A stretch of 64,000 bases of DNA from Mustelus asterias (GCF_964213995.1 NC_135805.1:106950001-107014000); one strand, 5' to 3'; shown: positions 11,301 through 24,621, counted from the first letter of the stretch. Notes: a model not told the origin generated them from the letters alone. Made by a program: numbers and translations.

Positions 11301-12537
11301 TTCCATGCCAACCATCCTTCTGGCCTTAAGTGACAGGGCCAGTTTAGTGCCATAACACTGTGGATTCATACTATTAGAAACTGGGTGGAGCTGACCAAAT
11401 TTATTCATGTAGCACTCTTCCTGCTGGGAGGTAGAGGGTGTGTTGCCCTTAAAGGGTGTGGTGATTGTCCCTTTAAGGGCAAAACAGCAGAGTAAGGGTC
11501 AATTATAACAGGGGTTCAATACAAGAAGGAGTCAAACTCAGCACCAGGAGTAAGCAGTGTGGCATCGCATTACACACCCAGATCTCAGCTCATATTTTCT
11601 TTAAAAGAAAAACACAAAGAAACTTTCCACTTTGACATTTCCAGTAACGGGCCCGCCATTTTCCTATAACCCCACCCGACAGGCAAGGCACCACATCAAG
11701 AACCCGAAAGTATAAAATTGGCCACCAGAGCAGAGTATGTATGGGAAATTTATAAAATGCTTACTCTACTTTTTGGTCGGTTATCAAGAGAGTTTAACCA
11801 CAAACACTAGATCAGCGCTGAGCGACAAATTATTAGAAGAAAACATTTTTGACAGGAAATGGGTTGGGGAGGCCCCAACTGGGTTTCAATTCAATATTCT
11901 AATGTCACATAAAATGACTGAATTATCAGGCACACGGAGAGAATCACACCTTCCACTTTCCTTTACTGTACAGTTGTTTATTCACATTTTAATGGTTTTG
12001 TAGGGGAATTTGTAATTCAAATGTAGGGGGTGGGGATAGCTATGGGTGAGTAAGGATGGACTGAGTCAATATTGAACATTTTTTCATTTTTCCCAGCTCT
12101 CGAGACATTTGTCAATAGCAGCATTAAGCACCAGGGGTCGGGTAAATGTCAATTCAGAGTAAAGCCCTTGGCCGGGATTTTCCAGTTCACCCCATTAGTG
12201 GGTTTAATCGCGGGGTTGGGGGAGGCTTGGGGGGCACACGGCGGGGGCGGGGGAACAATGCAGCAAGAAGTGAAAAATCACATCCCCACTGGCATGAACT
12301 GTCACTGGGAATGTGCACTCTTGCCTTCTTGGGTTGTCGCCATTCCCACCAAAGGCCAGCATGAAGGGATCCCATTAGTGGGATTCAAATAAAGACCTGA
12401 CTGGAATTGACCTACCGTTTTCCATTTATCCATGTCGCCAGTGGAATTCCAGGTCAATATGGCATGAACATGTCGGGATTCACCAGGAAGAAGTGCTGGA
12501 CAGCCTGTGGAGATCAGAAGATGGAGGCGCCCAGCGA

Positions 12538-13850
12538 CTATAGAATCGTAGAATCGTAGAATCATACAGCGCAGAAGAGGCCCTTCCGCCCATCGAGTCC
12601 TCACCGACACATTAGAAACACCTAAACTCCCACCTAACCCCATCTGCCAGCACTTGGCCCATAGCCCTGAATGTTATGATGTACCAAGTGCTCACTCTGA
12701 TACTTTTTAAAGGATGTGAGGCAACCCGCCTTCACCACCCTCCCAGGCAGCACATTCCAGACCATCACCACCCTCTGGGCATAAACATTTTTCCTCACAC
12801 ACCCCCTAAACCTCCTGCCCCTCACCTTGAACATATGTCCCCTTGTGACTGACTCTTCAACCAAGGGGAACAGCTGTTCCTTATCCACTCTGTCCATGTC
12901 TCTCATAATCTGTACACCTTGATCAGGTTGCTCCTCAGTCTTCTCTGTTCCAACGAAAACAACCCAAGTCTATCCAACCTCTCTTCATAATTTAAATGTT
13001 CCATCCCAGGCAGCATCCTGGTGAATCTCCTCTGCACCCACTCCAGTGCAATCACATCCTTGACCAGAATTGCACATAGTACTCTAGCTGTGATCTCACC
13101 AAAGTTTCATACAACTCCAACATGACTTTCCTGCTTTTGTAATCGATGCATCGATTGATAAAGGCAAGTGTCCCATATGCCTTCTTCATCAGTCTATTAA
13201 CATGCCCTTCCGCTTTCAGAGATCGATGGACAAACACACCAAGGTCCCTCTATTCCACAGAACTTCCTAGTGTCCTACCATTCATTGACTACTTTTTTGT
13301 CAAATTACTCCTTCCAAAGTGTATCACCTCACACTTTTCAGGGTTAAATTCCATCTGCCACTTATCTGCTCATTTGACCATTCCGTCTATATTTTCTTGT
13401 AGCCCAAGACACCCCGCCTCACTGTTAACCACCCGGCCAATCTTTGTGTCATCCGCAAACTTACTAATCCTACTCCCCATATTGTCATCAATGTCATATA
13501 TATAAATGACAAATAATAGGGGGCCCAACACAGATCCCTCCATTGGACATTGGCTTTCAGTCAGTAAAGCAGCTTTCTGTCATCACCCTCTGTCTCCTAC
13601 AACTGAGCCAATTTTGAATCCACTTGATCAAATTACCCTGTATCCCATGTGAATTTACCTTCTTTACAAATCTCCCACATGGGACCTTGTCAAAGGCTTT
13701 GCTGAAATCCACATAAACTACATCGACTACCCTCGTCTACACACCTGGCTACCTCCTCAAGAAATTCAATCAAATTTGTTGGGCATGACCTCCCTCTGAT
13801 GAAGCCATGCTGACTATCCCTGATCAAGCCAAGCCCCTCCAAGTGGAGAT
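12538..13850 (-). mobile_element. CR1-clade LINE fragment (RT C-terminal half to 3' end)
   Basis: [42 protein letters not shown] and AQRVVMVWNVLPGRVV; (ATTCTACG)n tail near 12540. Confidence 0.92.
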
Positions 13851-14826
13851 AGATGCTCTTCTTTGGCAGTTTCTCTCAGACCATAGACCCTGGAATACCA
13901 CAGTAAGTAGGGGTGAGTGGAGAATCATCCATGTGGGTTTTCACACTGCAGGAGATTCCAGGAGGTTGATCTTCTTGCCGCAGGATGACAGCTGCATTAG
14001 GTACCGTTGGCCAGTGCTGCTCTGTGCTGGGTGTAGTGCAATGATTAGATGGGGTGGAGAGGAATGAAATGGTGAGATGAGTGTGGAGGCCTGGAGGGTA
14101 GTGAGGGACATGGGGGTGGTAGCGGAAAGAGGGAGTAGCTTCAGGGGTCTTGCAATGGGTGAGCTGGTATGAATCTGCAGAGTGGGAGGGCGATGGTGGA
14201 GTGGGGACTGCAGGTTGTGCAGGTGTGAATGGGCATGGGGGAGAAGAGTGGAAAGATGTTCAGAGGGAGGGGTTCATTGTGTCAACTGATAGATCCTGGG
14301 TGGCCATAATAATAGAATTACTGACAGGAAGGGATGGGGAGGGTTAAAGGGGGGTGGTGGATGAAGGTCCTGTGATGACAGAAGAACGCTGAGGGACACA
14401 GCAGTAAAACCAGATTCTGGGGGTAGGACAGATGAGGGATTGGGATGTGTCTATTGTCACGGGGGTGGGTTCCTCAGGGGACATGGACATTCATCTGCAC
14501 AAGATAGTGGATGGCGGGGAAGGTTTGTAGGGTCACTGTGGGTAGGTTAAAGCTCACAGGCCAATGGTTTTGGGGGGAGGTTAACGTGGGCCACATGGGT
14601 TGGAAGGTGTTGGTTTCCACCTGGACTGTTTCATGCACCATGGCGACTTTCAATTTCTCTTGATCCTCGGGGTGTAGATGTGGAGATGCTGCATGGCAGT
14701 TGGGTCAGTGGGGGTGGGCGGAGCAGCAGATCAGCTCAGCTGGACAACTGAAGAGGAACTCCAGCACATTGTACTGACAATGCTGGGACAATTCAACAGC
14801 ACTGACTACCCTGGCCACTTTCTGCC

Positions 14827-14898
14827 GTGGAGATGCCGGTGTTGGACTGGGGTAAACATAGTAAGAGTTTTAACCTGGTGTTGTTAAAACTCTTACTG
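14827..14898. mobile_element. Mini PLE family-A insertion (tail plus short inverted pLTR)
   Basis: GTGGAGATGCCGGTGTTGGACTGGGGTAAAC..GTAAGAGTTTTAAC / GTTAAAACTCTTAC; flanked by CACTTTCTGCC (14816-14826) and CACCTTCTGCC (14899-14909). Confidence 0.85.
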
Positions 14899-15384
14899 CA
14901 CCTTCTGCCATACAGATTTGCTCACATTGCTAGTCCTCTCCTTCCATCCTCAGGATACAAGCCTCCTTCTGGCCTCGATTGATGGCAGAATTAATTAGGC
15001 AAGGATTTGGTGCAAATTCCCACCTATCTCTGCAGGGGGAAACGCTCCCGGTTCCCACTCGCGCAATGGTATATAGACCCAGAATGGAAACTCCCAGCCC
15101 TTGTTTCAGTTAAGTATGATTGACCCATCTCTCCTGTGCTCACTGTTACTATATTCAAGGCACTATATAAATACACCATGCTGTTGTTGCTATTTCTATT
15201 AATGTCAAACCAGCTAAAATACACTTTACTGCAATGCAACTTCCATATTTTCTGAAAGATAGAGGACAATTCCACAGACAGAGGCCCGTGAGTATGATGC
15301 GAAATGCAGCACCCGGGCATTGTAACACTCTCGACCTGCAGGATGAAACCAGGGCACCCAGTATTCACAGCCAATTTCACCCAG

Positions 15385-15717
15385 CTTTAGTGGTAATGTC
15401 ACTGGACTCGTGATCCAGAGACCCAGCCTCATGTACTGGGGACATAGGTTCAAGTCTAAATCTGGAATATAAAGCCAGTCTCAGTAATGATGACCAAGAA
15501 ACTATCATTGATTGTTGTTAAAAAAGAAGGAAACCTATCTGTTTCACTAATGTCCTTTAGGAAAGGGAATCTGTTGTTCTGACCTGGTCTGGCCTACATG
15601 TGACTCCGGGCTCATAGCAATGTGATTGACTCTCAGCTGGCCTCTGCCTAGCAAAGTTCAAGCAAAATTAGGGACAGGCAACAAATACTGGCCTAGCCAA
15701 CGAGGCCCATGTCCCAG
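15385..15717 (+). mobile_element. tRNA-derived SINE family C (degenerate)
   Basis: Shares the TTCACTAATGTCCTTTAGG..TGGTCTGGCCTACATGTGACTCC core with copies at 31057, 41837 and 55553. Confidence 0.8.
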
Positions 15718-16709
15718 GCCTTCTGGAGTTAAGCAATCCAGGGTGATCAATGGGCATTCGATTCATGTTAGTAAATATTGGTTCGTTATGTATCATGGGT
15801 ATCATAGTATCACGACAGTCCGACTTTAGACACTTTACTGAAACTAGCTCGGTGCATCTGTCGTACTGATTTCACACAAATATTTATATCACCATAGATG
15901 TAAGTTCCATGTGAAAATTCAGATATAACACCAATATTAAACTTCTACAGATCTGACCCATTAATACACCTCACCCGCCCCCTCTACAATAGTTTGCTGT
16001 TTCTATTTCTCACACTATTTTGTGCCACGCCACAGCAGATTCAAAGGAGTGTCCTGCACATTACTGTAATCAGGCATTCAGATCTCGGCAGGGTGCTTTA
16101 TTATTATACTTTAGGGGACTTCGCACGAGCAAAAGAAAATGTACAAAATCTACATAAAATTCTCATAAACATACCCCTGACAAACACAAAATTTCCCCCA
16201 AAATAAACTCCTCTGTATTCAGTCATCTTTCCAAGCTTCTGTAGGCAAATGGCAATTAACTGTGGAAGGAAGTGCTACAACAGCAGAGTTTTATTTATTG
16301 TTTAAATATGTTGCCTCAAATTTTACCTCGAATAGTTTCCTCCAGGTTCAATTGCTGCCTCTTTGTTATCTACTGTATCATAATGTATCAATAATACAAT
16401 CTAGGTTGTCAGCCGAGTTTATGTTTAACAAGAAGATGGCACAGATACAGGGGCAGTGTGCAACACAGACCAAAACATGAGTGCATTAGAAGCTGCGTTA
16501 CAATTGAGGAATCCTGATAAGATCACAGTTTCAAGCATGAACCCCAAAAGCTGCCTGTTTTTATATCATACAGCAAAGTGAAGAAAGTGGTGAAAGAGCT
16601 CAGCCGTTTCACAAAGTATGGTAGAAATGGCCAGTGTTACATGACGAATACTTCACTGAGTGATACTGGAAACATGTCCTTATCTCACACTGACACAAGA
16701 CAGGTGTTC

Positions 16710-17386
16710 TCTATGAATGGTATGCTTTGTCTGTATAGCGCAAGAAACAAAAGGGGGGCGATTCTTCTCGGGAGACTCAAGCGGAGGCTGTGTAGCCGGC
16801 TCCCCGCTGGACGTCACGGCCTCTGCGCGTCTCCGGCCACCAGATTTCCGGCGCCTTCAGCATCCGGCCAGGAGGTCAGGGGTAAGGGGGTGTGCCCCCA
16901 GGCATTGTCAGCTTGGTAGTGCCAGCCTGGCCCCCAGCACTGTCCAAGGGGCAAAGTGGCAATGCCCAGGGGTCACCCAAGGGTGGAGGGGTTGCAGGGC
17001 AAGCGATGCAGGGCTGCGGGACTGGCCAGTGACCAGGAGGCCGGCAGTGCACATTACTGTAATCAGGCATTCAGATCTCGGCTCTGACAGATCGGCGCAT
17101 GCGCAGTGGCCCGCTCAGCGCTATGCTGCTGGACTCTCCAGTGGGAATAGGCCCCGTCCACTGATTTTTAATGAGATTCACACTACACTACTCTACACTA
17201 GTAGAGTGCGTAGTGAGAGTATGGGACATTCATTTTGAAAACCCCGCTGAAAAAAACCAGTGGGATTTACTCCAGTTTTTACATGAAATCAACAATTAGA
17301 ATTCTTTTGGGAGAATTCCACCCAATACTTTTCACAGTTTACAAATACACGTGACAATAATAAATCAAATCAAACCAAATCAAATA
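16710..17386 (+). mobile_element. LINE 3' end (probably Rex-Babar type) split by a MITE
   Basis: CTATGAATGGTATGCTTTGTCTGTATAGCGCAAGAAACAA | AATACTTTTCACAG..CACGTGACAATAATAAA(TCAAA)n. Clade assignment rests only on the tail style. Confidence 0.55.
16753..17323. mobile_element. Harbinger-type non-autonomous DNA transposon (GC-rich MITE)
   Basis: Termini GGGGGGCGATTCTTC / GGGAGAATTCCACCC resemble the GGGYGGRATT TIR of other copies; the element cleanly interrupts a LINE tail. Confidence 0.7.
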
Positions 17387-17391
17387 AATTC

Positions 17392-18170
17392 AGAGTCATA
17401 GAATTTTACAGCACAGAAAGAGACCCTTCAGCCCATCATGTCTATGCCAGCCACCAAGCACCTATGAATTCTAATCCCATTTTCCAGCACTTGGTCTGTA
17501 GCCTTGTATGCGGTAGCATATCAAGTGCTCATTAAATACAACCCTTTAACCTAATGTTATTTAGAAATGTTGAACTCGGAACGCAGTAGGGTGCTGATGG
17601 ACTAGTTCTCCAATAGTTTAGTACTATGGGAGTGAAAGAACATAAGAACTAGGAATAGGCAATTCAGCCGCTCGAGCTTGCTCCACTATTCAATACAATC
17701 ATCGCTGATCTCATCTCGGCCTCACTTTTCTGTCCATTCTCCATAACCCTTCAACCCATTTCTAATTAAAAATCTGTCTTTCTCCTTAAATGTACTCAAT
17801 GTCCCAGAATCCTCTGCACTTTGGGGTAGTGAATTCCACAGTTTCATGCCCCTTTGAGAGAAGTAATTTCTCCAAATATGCTACCCTTATTTTAAAACTA
17901 GACCTCTTGTTCTAGATTTCCCCACAAGAGGAAGCATCCACTCATTGTCTACTTTTTCAATACCTTTTATCATCTTATATACCTCAATTCGATCTTCTTT
18001 CACTCTTCTAAACTCAAGAGAGTATAGGCCTAAACTGTTCAATCTCTCTTCATAAGACAACCCCCTCATCTCTGGAATCAATCTAGTGAACATCCTCTGA
18101 ACTGCCTCCTATGCCATTGCGTCCTTCCTCAAATAAGGGGATCAAAACTGTTAACAGTTCTCCAGGTGCC
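17392..18170 (-). mobile_element. Two adjacent CR1 3' fragments (17392-17540, 17636-18170)
   Basis: FTRLIPEMRGLSYEERLNSLGLYSLEFRR; two CR1-type 3' UTRs. Confidence 0.85.
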
Positions 18171-19975
18171 GATGTGGCTTCACACCAACAATTCCCAACA
18201 CAATGAGTTATGGAGCAAAGGAATTAAACTGGAACTGAGCCACTACTGGCAGCTCACCTGGGAGTGGAATTGAGACTGCCATTGGTAAAGTGTGAACATT
18301 TAAAGGAATTATGATAAATGGTCTCTTACAGTTGGATCGCAACAAGGAGACAAGTTTTCAAACATAAAGACAAGAAAGACGGCTGATCCTCTAAGTTATT
18401 TGATATTGCTTTTAGCTACATGAGATATGCTATTTGTTAAAATTGTGCGAACGTATAAATTTGCGTGAATGGGTTAAAACAGCACACAGAGGAATTATAT
18501 CCACAGCTGTCTGAGTTGAGCTGACACATGATGAGCCTGTCTGCCGGTAGGGGTGGTGCTGTGTGTGTGTGTGTGTGTTTGGAGGGGGGTACGGTGCGGT
18601 GTTTAGTAATCTGGGAAAAATCAGGAAAATCACAAAAGGAAATCCCTCTTCAAAATTAAAACAGCAACAATGGAGAACAGTGGGACATAATGAGGGAAAA
18701 TTTTCTCCCAGAATTATAAAATCAGTAACCCCTCAATAATGGCATCGTCACACATTGCGCAGAGGAAAGCATCCCCTAATGTATCCTAGTCGTGATTAAG
18801 ACCTTCATCGCAACCTTGTAAATTTGTCACTTGTGCTTTAAGAGCTCTTACTCCTTTACGGGACAAACTGCATTCTAACTATTCCCCACTGTATCTCCTC
18901 TAATCTTAAGAGGTATGGGCTTGTCTGACTGCGGCAATCTCTGAAGAGCTCCAGTCTATTTTGTTCAGCCACAAGACAGGACTATACCAAAGTGATAGCC
19001 CAAGTGCGAATGATATCTGACAGTGTATTACTTACGTGTCAGTGCATGAGTAGCTTCCTTGGAATGAGCCAATTTATTTTTATTTTCATTAATTTTAATG
19101 GGAAAATGGGCTTAGCAGACTGGGTAATACATGTAATTTACACCTTATCTTGACGAAAGTAGACATAACAGCTTGAGTGTTAAGCTCCAGAAATCTATTT
19201 GAAACCTTTCAGTGGATGCTAAATCTTTCTCTGACTTCAAATCCTTAATAACCTTGTCAGTGAAATAGTTTATCAGTATTCTACAGCAAGCCTTTGAACT
19301 GTTACTAGTCAGCCTCCATCCAGCTAAAATCTGTAATTGTCTATTAATAAGAAAACATGTGTAGATGTTTTAGGAAGGGATGTACGTTTAGTTTACATGT
19401 TACAATTTTTTGTAAAGGCTGGTCAATTTCCTTTCGAGTTCGGTGTGCATTAGTCCTTGAGGGAATATTGAAAAAGGTCTATTTACTCTGGACTTACTGA
19501 AGTGAATCTGCTATTAGTCCTCGGTCTGAATGTAGTTAATAAAAAAAATTACATTTCTATGAATGGTAGTGTAATGTTCGCCTAAATAGAAACAGTTACT
19601 GCACTTCAAAAGTGAGTGATCGTGTGAAGCAATTCATATTTTCCTTTATGCTTCAGCGTGTTAAGATGTGAAGTTAGGACCACATGATGCAAGGCAAGAA
19701 CTCTGTCATTTAATTTCAATACATCCAGAACAGACTAACGACTGAAGACTTTTGCTCACTGACACGGTGTGAGAAATTCAGTTGTGCTGTGGCTGCTTTA
19801 CAATCGCAAAATGGCCGTCCAGAAATCCATTCAGCACATGAGTACTCACTCTGCTACAAACCTGCCAGAGGAGTGAAGGATCCTGCTCAAGCATCAGGGC
19901 TTGTGATTGAGGTAGGAGAGAGCCTTACTACCTACAAATAGGGATTGTTGTCTCCAAAAGCAACATTTTAACTAT

Positions 19976-20199
19976 ATAAAAGCAAACTACTGCGGATGCT
20001 GGAATCTGAAACCAAAAGAGAAAATGCTGGAAAATCTCAGCGGGTCTGGCAGCATCTGTAAGGAGAGAAAAGTGCTGACATTTCGAGTCCAGATGACCCT
20101 TTGTGACAAAGGGTCATCTGGACTCGAAATGTTAGCTCTTTTCTCTCCTTACAGATGCTGCCAGACCCGCTGAGATTTTCCAGCATTTTCTCTTCTGGT
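19976..20199. mobile_element. PLE family-B palindromic pLTR insertion
   Basis: Inverted arms of about 95 bp centred on CCCTTTGTGACAAAGGG (~20105), with a one-sided tail. 14-bp direct repeat AACATTTTAACTAT at 19962-19975 and 20200-20213. Confidence 0.88.
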
Positions 20200-20723
20200 A
20201 ACATTTTAACTATGTTATTTATTTGTATCGTGCTGTGGGATTGTGCAAGTGTGCTCTTCCCAGCTCCGTAATAAATTCTCAGAGGACTGTCAGATGTTGC
20301 TTAGCTGATGTGAATCCCAATTACCTCCATCCCACACCAACTTCAGAACTTCAGGATTGTACTTAGGGGTTACCATTGACCAGAAACTGAATTGGGCTCG
20401 TCATGTAGGGACTGAAAGTCTTAGGACTGAGGCTCAAACCACCCCCCTCCCCCAACCCTATCCAACTGGGGACTCACTGACTACCTGTTTCAGCTTGTGT
20501 AGCATTGATCACTTTTGCTCCTACTTTGACCCCTAAACAATTGAAATCCCTATTCATGCCTTATCTACCTTTAGACTTTATTATTTCAATCCCTCTTTTG
20601 GTTTTTCATTCCTCATGAGTTCCATTCTTCCAGAATATAACAGATATTATCGCCGTCCCCCCCTCCCCCATACTGCACCATTCCAACTCTGGTCTTTTGT
20701 ACATTATTTTGAGGTTAGCCTAC

Positions 20724-21066
20724 GCTCAGTGGCAGAACTCTCACCTTTCAGATTTGAGCACATAATCTAGGCTGACACTTTAGTGCAACCCTGTGGGAGC
20801 ACTGCACTGAGGTGTTAAACCGAGGCCCCATCTGCTCTCTCAGGTGTACATAAAAGATCCCACAGCACTATTCAAAGAAAAGCAGGTAGCATTTATCCCT
20901 CAATCACCATCAGTACAAACAATTTACATAGTCATTTATTGCACTGCTGTTTGTGGGACCTTGGAACAGTGACTACGTTTCAAGGTAATATTGCATTGGC
21001 TGGGAATTGTTACTGGGATACCCCGAGGTTCTGAAAGGTGCCACATAAATGCATGTTCTTCCTTCA
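20724..21066 (+). mobile_element. Deu-domain SINE (SacSINE1-like)
   Basis: GTTAAACCGAGGCCCCATCTGCTCTCTCAGGTGTACATAAAAGATCCCACAGCACTATT...TTTATCCCTCAATC...CTGTTTGTGGGACCTTG matches the Deu domain as I recall it; tail TGAAAGGTGCCACATAAATGCA. Confidence 0.8.
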
Positions 21067-22844
21067 TGTGCCGTTGCATTTCTCTATAGTCCAACAGTGA
21101 ACGCTGAGACTATAAATTACTTGACATAAATGTTCTTTATTTCTCTATTTAGAATTGTTGCCTCAATCATTTATCAGTATGCCTTATAAAAAAACTGAAG
21201 GATTTGCACATGGAGTTTGTGTGAGATATCATTATCCACAACATAAATTTGGGAGTTATTGTTACAGGCCAGGGCAGGTAAGGTGAACTCTGATTGTAGG
21301 GACCACTTGTTTGAGCATCCCAGGAGACAGAGCCCTAAAAGAATATCTAGAACAGACCTGAAACTTGGTTGAGGTATCAGACAATAAAATGTCCATGGCA
21401 TTATCCACCTTTAATTCTGTCAGGAAAGGTGAGGGGGGGATAAAAATCAGCATGATGAATAATCAATCACTAGTCTTAACACTGTAATGAATTTGAATGA
21501 GGGCAATCCAAAAATTCAGAGTTGTAAAGCCAAGTAAGAAACTGAAATCTGACAAATATCCCTTCACTAAAATGTATGTTTTCCCTCCATTGCCCCACTA
21601 AGATCACCTGCATTTCCAACACTGAACTGCTAGAGAGTTATTTGAATGCCTGTCATTTGACACTCAGGGAATCGCATCAATGCCCATCACCGCCACCATC
21701 CCCACTCCAGTGAATCACATGCATTTCTACGACTAGACCATAGAAGAATAATTTGCATTTCTATCATTAAATTGTCTCAGGAAGTCAAATAAGTAGCCAT
21801 CGCCCTATCACGAGGGAATCAGATGTATTCCCATCACAGGATCACAAATTTCCTCCACTAGACTACATGGAAATCAAATAGATGTTCTTCACTAGACTGC
21901 CACACAACTGAATGTGTACAGTCTTTGCATAATGATAAAGAATCCTCCACTTAACCATCGCAATTATAGAAAAATGATAACAAATGAGGCAAAGGAAATC
22001 CAATTCACCTGTATCTTTCGATTCTTTTGCTATTCTGGTCAGAACTGTATTCACACCGCACATTTCTCTTCCAAAGGTAGATGCAAGGCAATGAATTACT
22101 TTGGAAGTGTTCTACCCACCAGTTCGTGTCCAGCAAGATCCCATCACCAGAAATGAGATCATGGCAAGTTTGTTGTTTTTTTTGCTGGAATGGCTGAAGG
22201 GTACATAGTGACCAACGTACCGGAGGATTCCCAAACATGTCTTCAAACAATGCCATGGGATCTTTTCCTGCTACTTGAACAGGACCCACATAAATATCAG
22301 TCTGGATGATGTGTCAAGTCCAGTTGTGTGGCTTGAACCTTTCTCCAGAGGCAACAGTGCTACCATTCATCCAAATTGACACAAATAAAAAAAAATAAAC
22401 TAGCATTGCCTATAAACAGAAACACAAACCAGCAACTTGTTGCTCTGTACTCACAACATGTCCAAATGATTATAACTGGGCCAAGATTAATATTTTTTGG
22501 AATGTTTGAATTTTGTCCCAATTCAGACCACTCTGAACTTGGAATTTTAAACTTGCTGCTCATCTCCAGTTGGCAGGCTATCAAAGTCTTGGTTGCCTGG
22601 CTAAGATTATTGCCATTTGGGATTATATTGGGCATTAACTGAATAGAAACTTTGAACGAGCAGTTTGTTGCAGCAAACTTACAAGAACAATTTCAGCCTC
22701 GTTCCAACTCAGATTGAAAGTTTACAATAATATTGTAACTTTATGCACCGTGGAAAATGTTTACTTGCTGGTATGACACCATTAATTTCAACCACTTCAA
22801 TTTCACTTAGAAATACATAACATTTTACATAACATACATAACAT

Positions 22845-23139
22845 TGGTTAGCACTGCTGCCTCACAGCGCCAGGGACCTGGGTTCAATTCTGGCCTCGGG
22901 TCATTGTCTATGTGGAGTTTGCATGTTCTCCCAGTGTCTGTGTGGGTTTCCTCCGGGTGCTCCGGTTTCCTCCCACAGTCCAAAGATGTACAGGTTAGGT
23001 GGATTGGCCATGCTATATTAGTGTCAGGGGGACTAGCTAGGGTTATGGGGATAGGGCGTGGGTGGGATTGTGGTCGGCGCAGACTTGATGGGCTGAATGG
23101 CCTCCTTCTGCACTGTAGGAATTCTATGATTCTATGATT
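22845..23139 (+). mobile_element. HE1-type V-SINE
   Basis: TGGTTAGCACTGCTGCCTCACAGCGCCAGGGACCTGGGTTCAATTC head; (TTCTATGA)n tail. Confidence 0.92.
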
Positions 23140-23553
23140 TTCAAATTGCAGTACATGATTTATTAATTTGTGCACAATTGAACAGTTTAATCTGATTATT
23201 TATAAATACACATTGTTCACTCGTGAACCTACAGGAGTGGATTTCTTTGGGGAAGAGATAACATTGAGAATGACGCGAGGATTTCTAAAGTTTGTATTCG
23301 GAATTCCGCATCAACCACCTGGGCAGACAGGAAAGACCTCCGTTTAATATTCTTTCTTAAGAGCTATCCACCAACAGTGCATCATGGTCACAGTGTTAGG
23401 TATGAGCTCAGATTACTCCAGATGGGAGCTGAATGTGCCGCTTCAAAGATGAGATACTAGAAACTGAACTGAACACTAATGACTGGAAAGGGCTGTGGTG
23501 CAGCAAAGATACTGTTGGTCAGGGAAGCATTGTCCTTCAGTTTAATTCTAGAT

Positions 23554-23851
23554 TGATGCGTGATTAAATCACTCGGGAGGCTAGATTGTACCCGGTAAAT
23601 AAAGGCTTTTATTACTAACAAGAATGGAGCATACTATATACAATACAATCCCAGACCAAAGGGTCACCAGGCAGTGCAGTGACCTTTATACTTCCCCAGG
23701 TAGGCGGAGCCAACTGGAGTGTACCACAGAACAATATCAACAGGTAGAACAGCCCAACCCTAACCCCAACAGTAACATATCTACAAACACCCATAGTGCT
23801 GACCATCCATGGCTCAGCACTCATAGTGGTAACCAACTATGGTTCACCACA
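23554..23851 (-). mobile_element. Solo LTR related to the 2447-7152 Gypsy LTRs (different subfamily)
   Basis: 298 bp, colinear with the 296-bp LTRs, same termini (TGAT.../...GGTTCACCACA). Flanks TAGAT / TAGAC form a 5-bp TSD with one mismatch. Confidence 0.93.
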
Positions 23852-24485
23852 TAGACCAATACACTATATAACTCCTATCTTTAGTGCAGGGTGTTAGAAA
23901 ATTTAACCTCTACCCTCCACATTACAACCACTATTTTACACACCTCACCCTCTCCATTGTCACATCTCAACACTCATTATCAATACTGCATTTGTCTCCT
24001 AACAGCACGATTCCCATGATTGCTGGGCCTCAGGCAGGTTGATAATACAAGATAATGTAGGACGGGCATATATGCGTATTAACACATATATCAGTCCTTC
24101 AATAAAATATCTGATCACTTAACTTCACCTGCATGATGTATGTGTTCTTAAACAATTTTGATGTTCGTAGGACTGGCCTTGTACGGAAGCATTTGCAGAA
24201 TATTTATTATGGAAGCTCATTTTGATTAAATACTTGGTCCCATCAATAAACATATGGGTAGTTTCATTCTAAATCCAGTACAGCTTTTAGTAGCAATGCA
24301 GTTTAAATTGCACTTGCTGATCTCCATGGTGTCGGTGAAGACCAAATGCAAGGAGCAGGATTAGAATTTCCCCTCCTTCAGTGCTGTGGATCATCAGCTT
24401 CTCTGACACCCAACGATCACAGTTACCTAAGCCAGGTTTGGCACTCTAGGCCAGTTACCTGCCCACACTGGGCCCAGAACTCTTT

Positions 24486-24621
24486 GACTGGAATTCTACA
24501 GCTGTGTATGCCCCGCCGCCGCTGCCAGCGAGAATGGAGAATTTGACGCTCAGCCAAATCTCTATTCACTGCAGGAGGATGGGCGAATCCTGACTGCGAG
24601 CGAGATCGGAGAATCTGACCC
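24486..24621. mobile_element. Short Harbinger-type MITE
   Basis: Degenerate TIRs GACTGGAATTCT / GGAGAATCTGACCC; TTT on both flanks (3-bp TSD). Confidence 0.6.

Noticed and set aside
12168-15023. One large old Harbinger element enclosing the CR1 at 12538-13850
   Set aside because: TIR-like ends and a CGKKINLL peptide are suggestive but too degenerate to support by eye.
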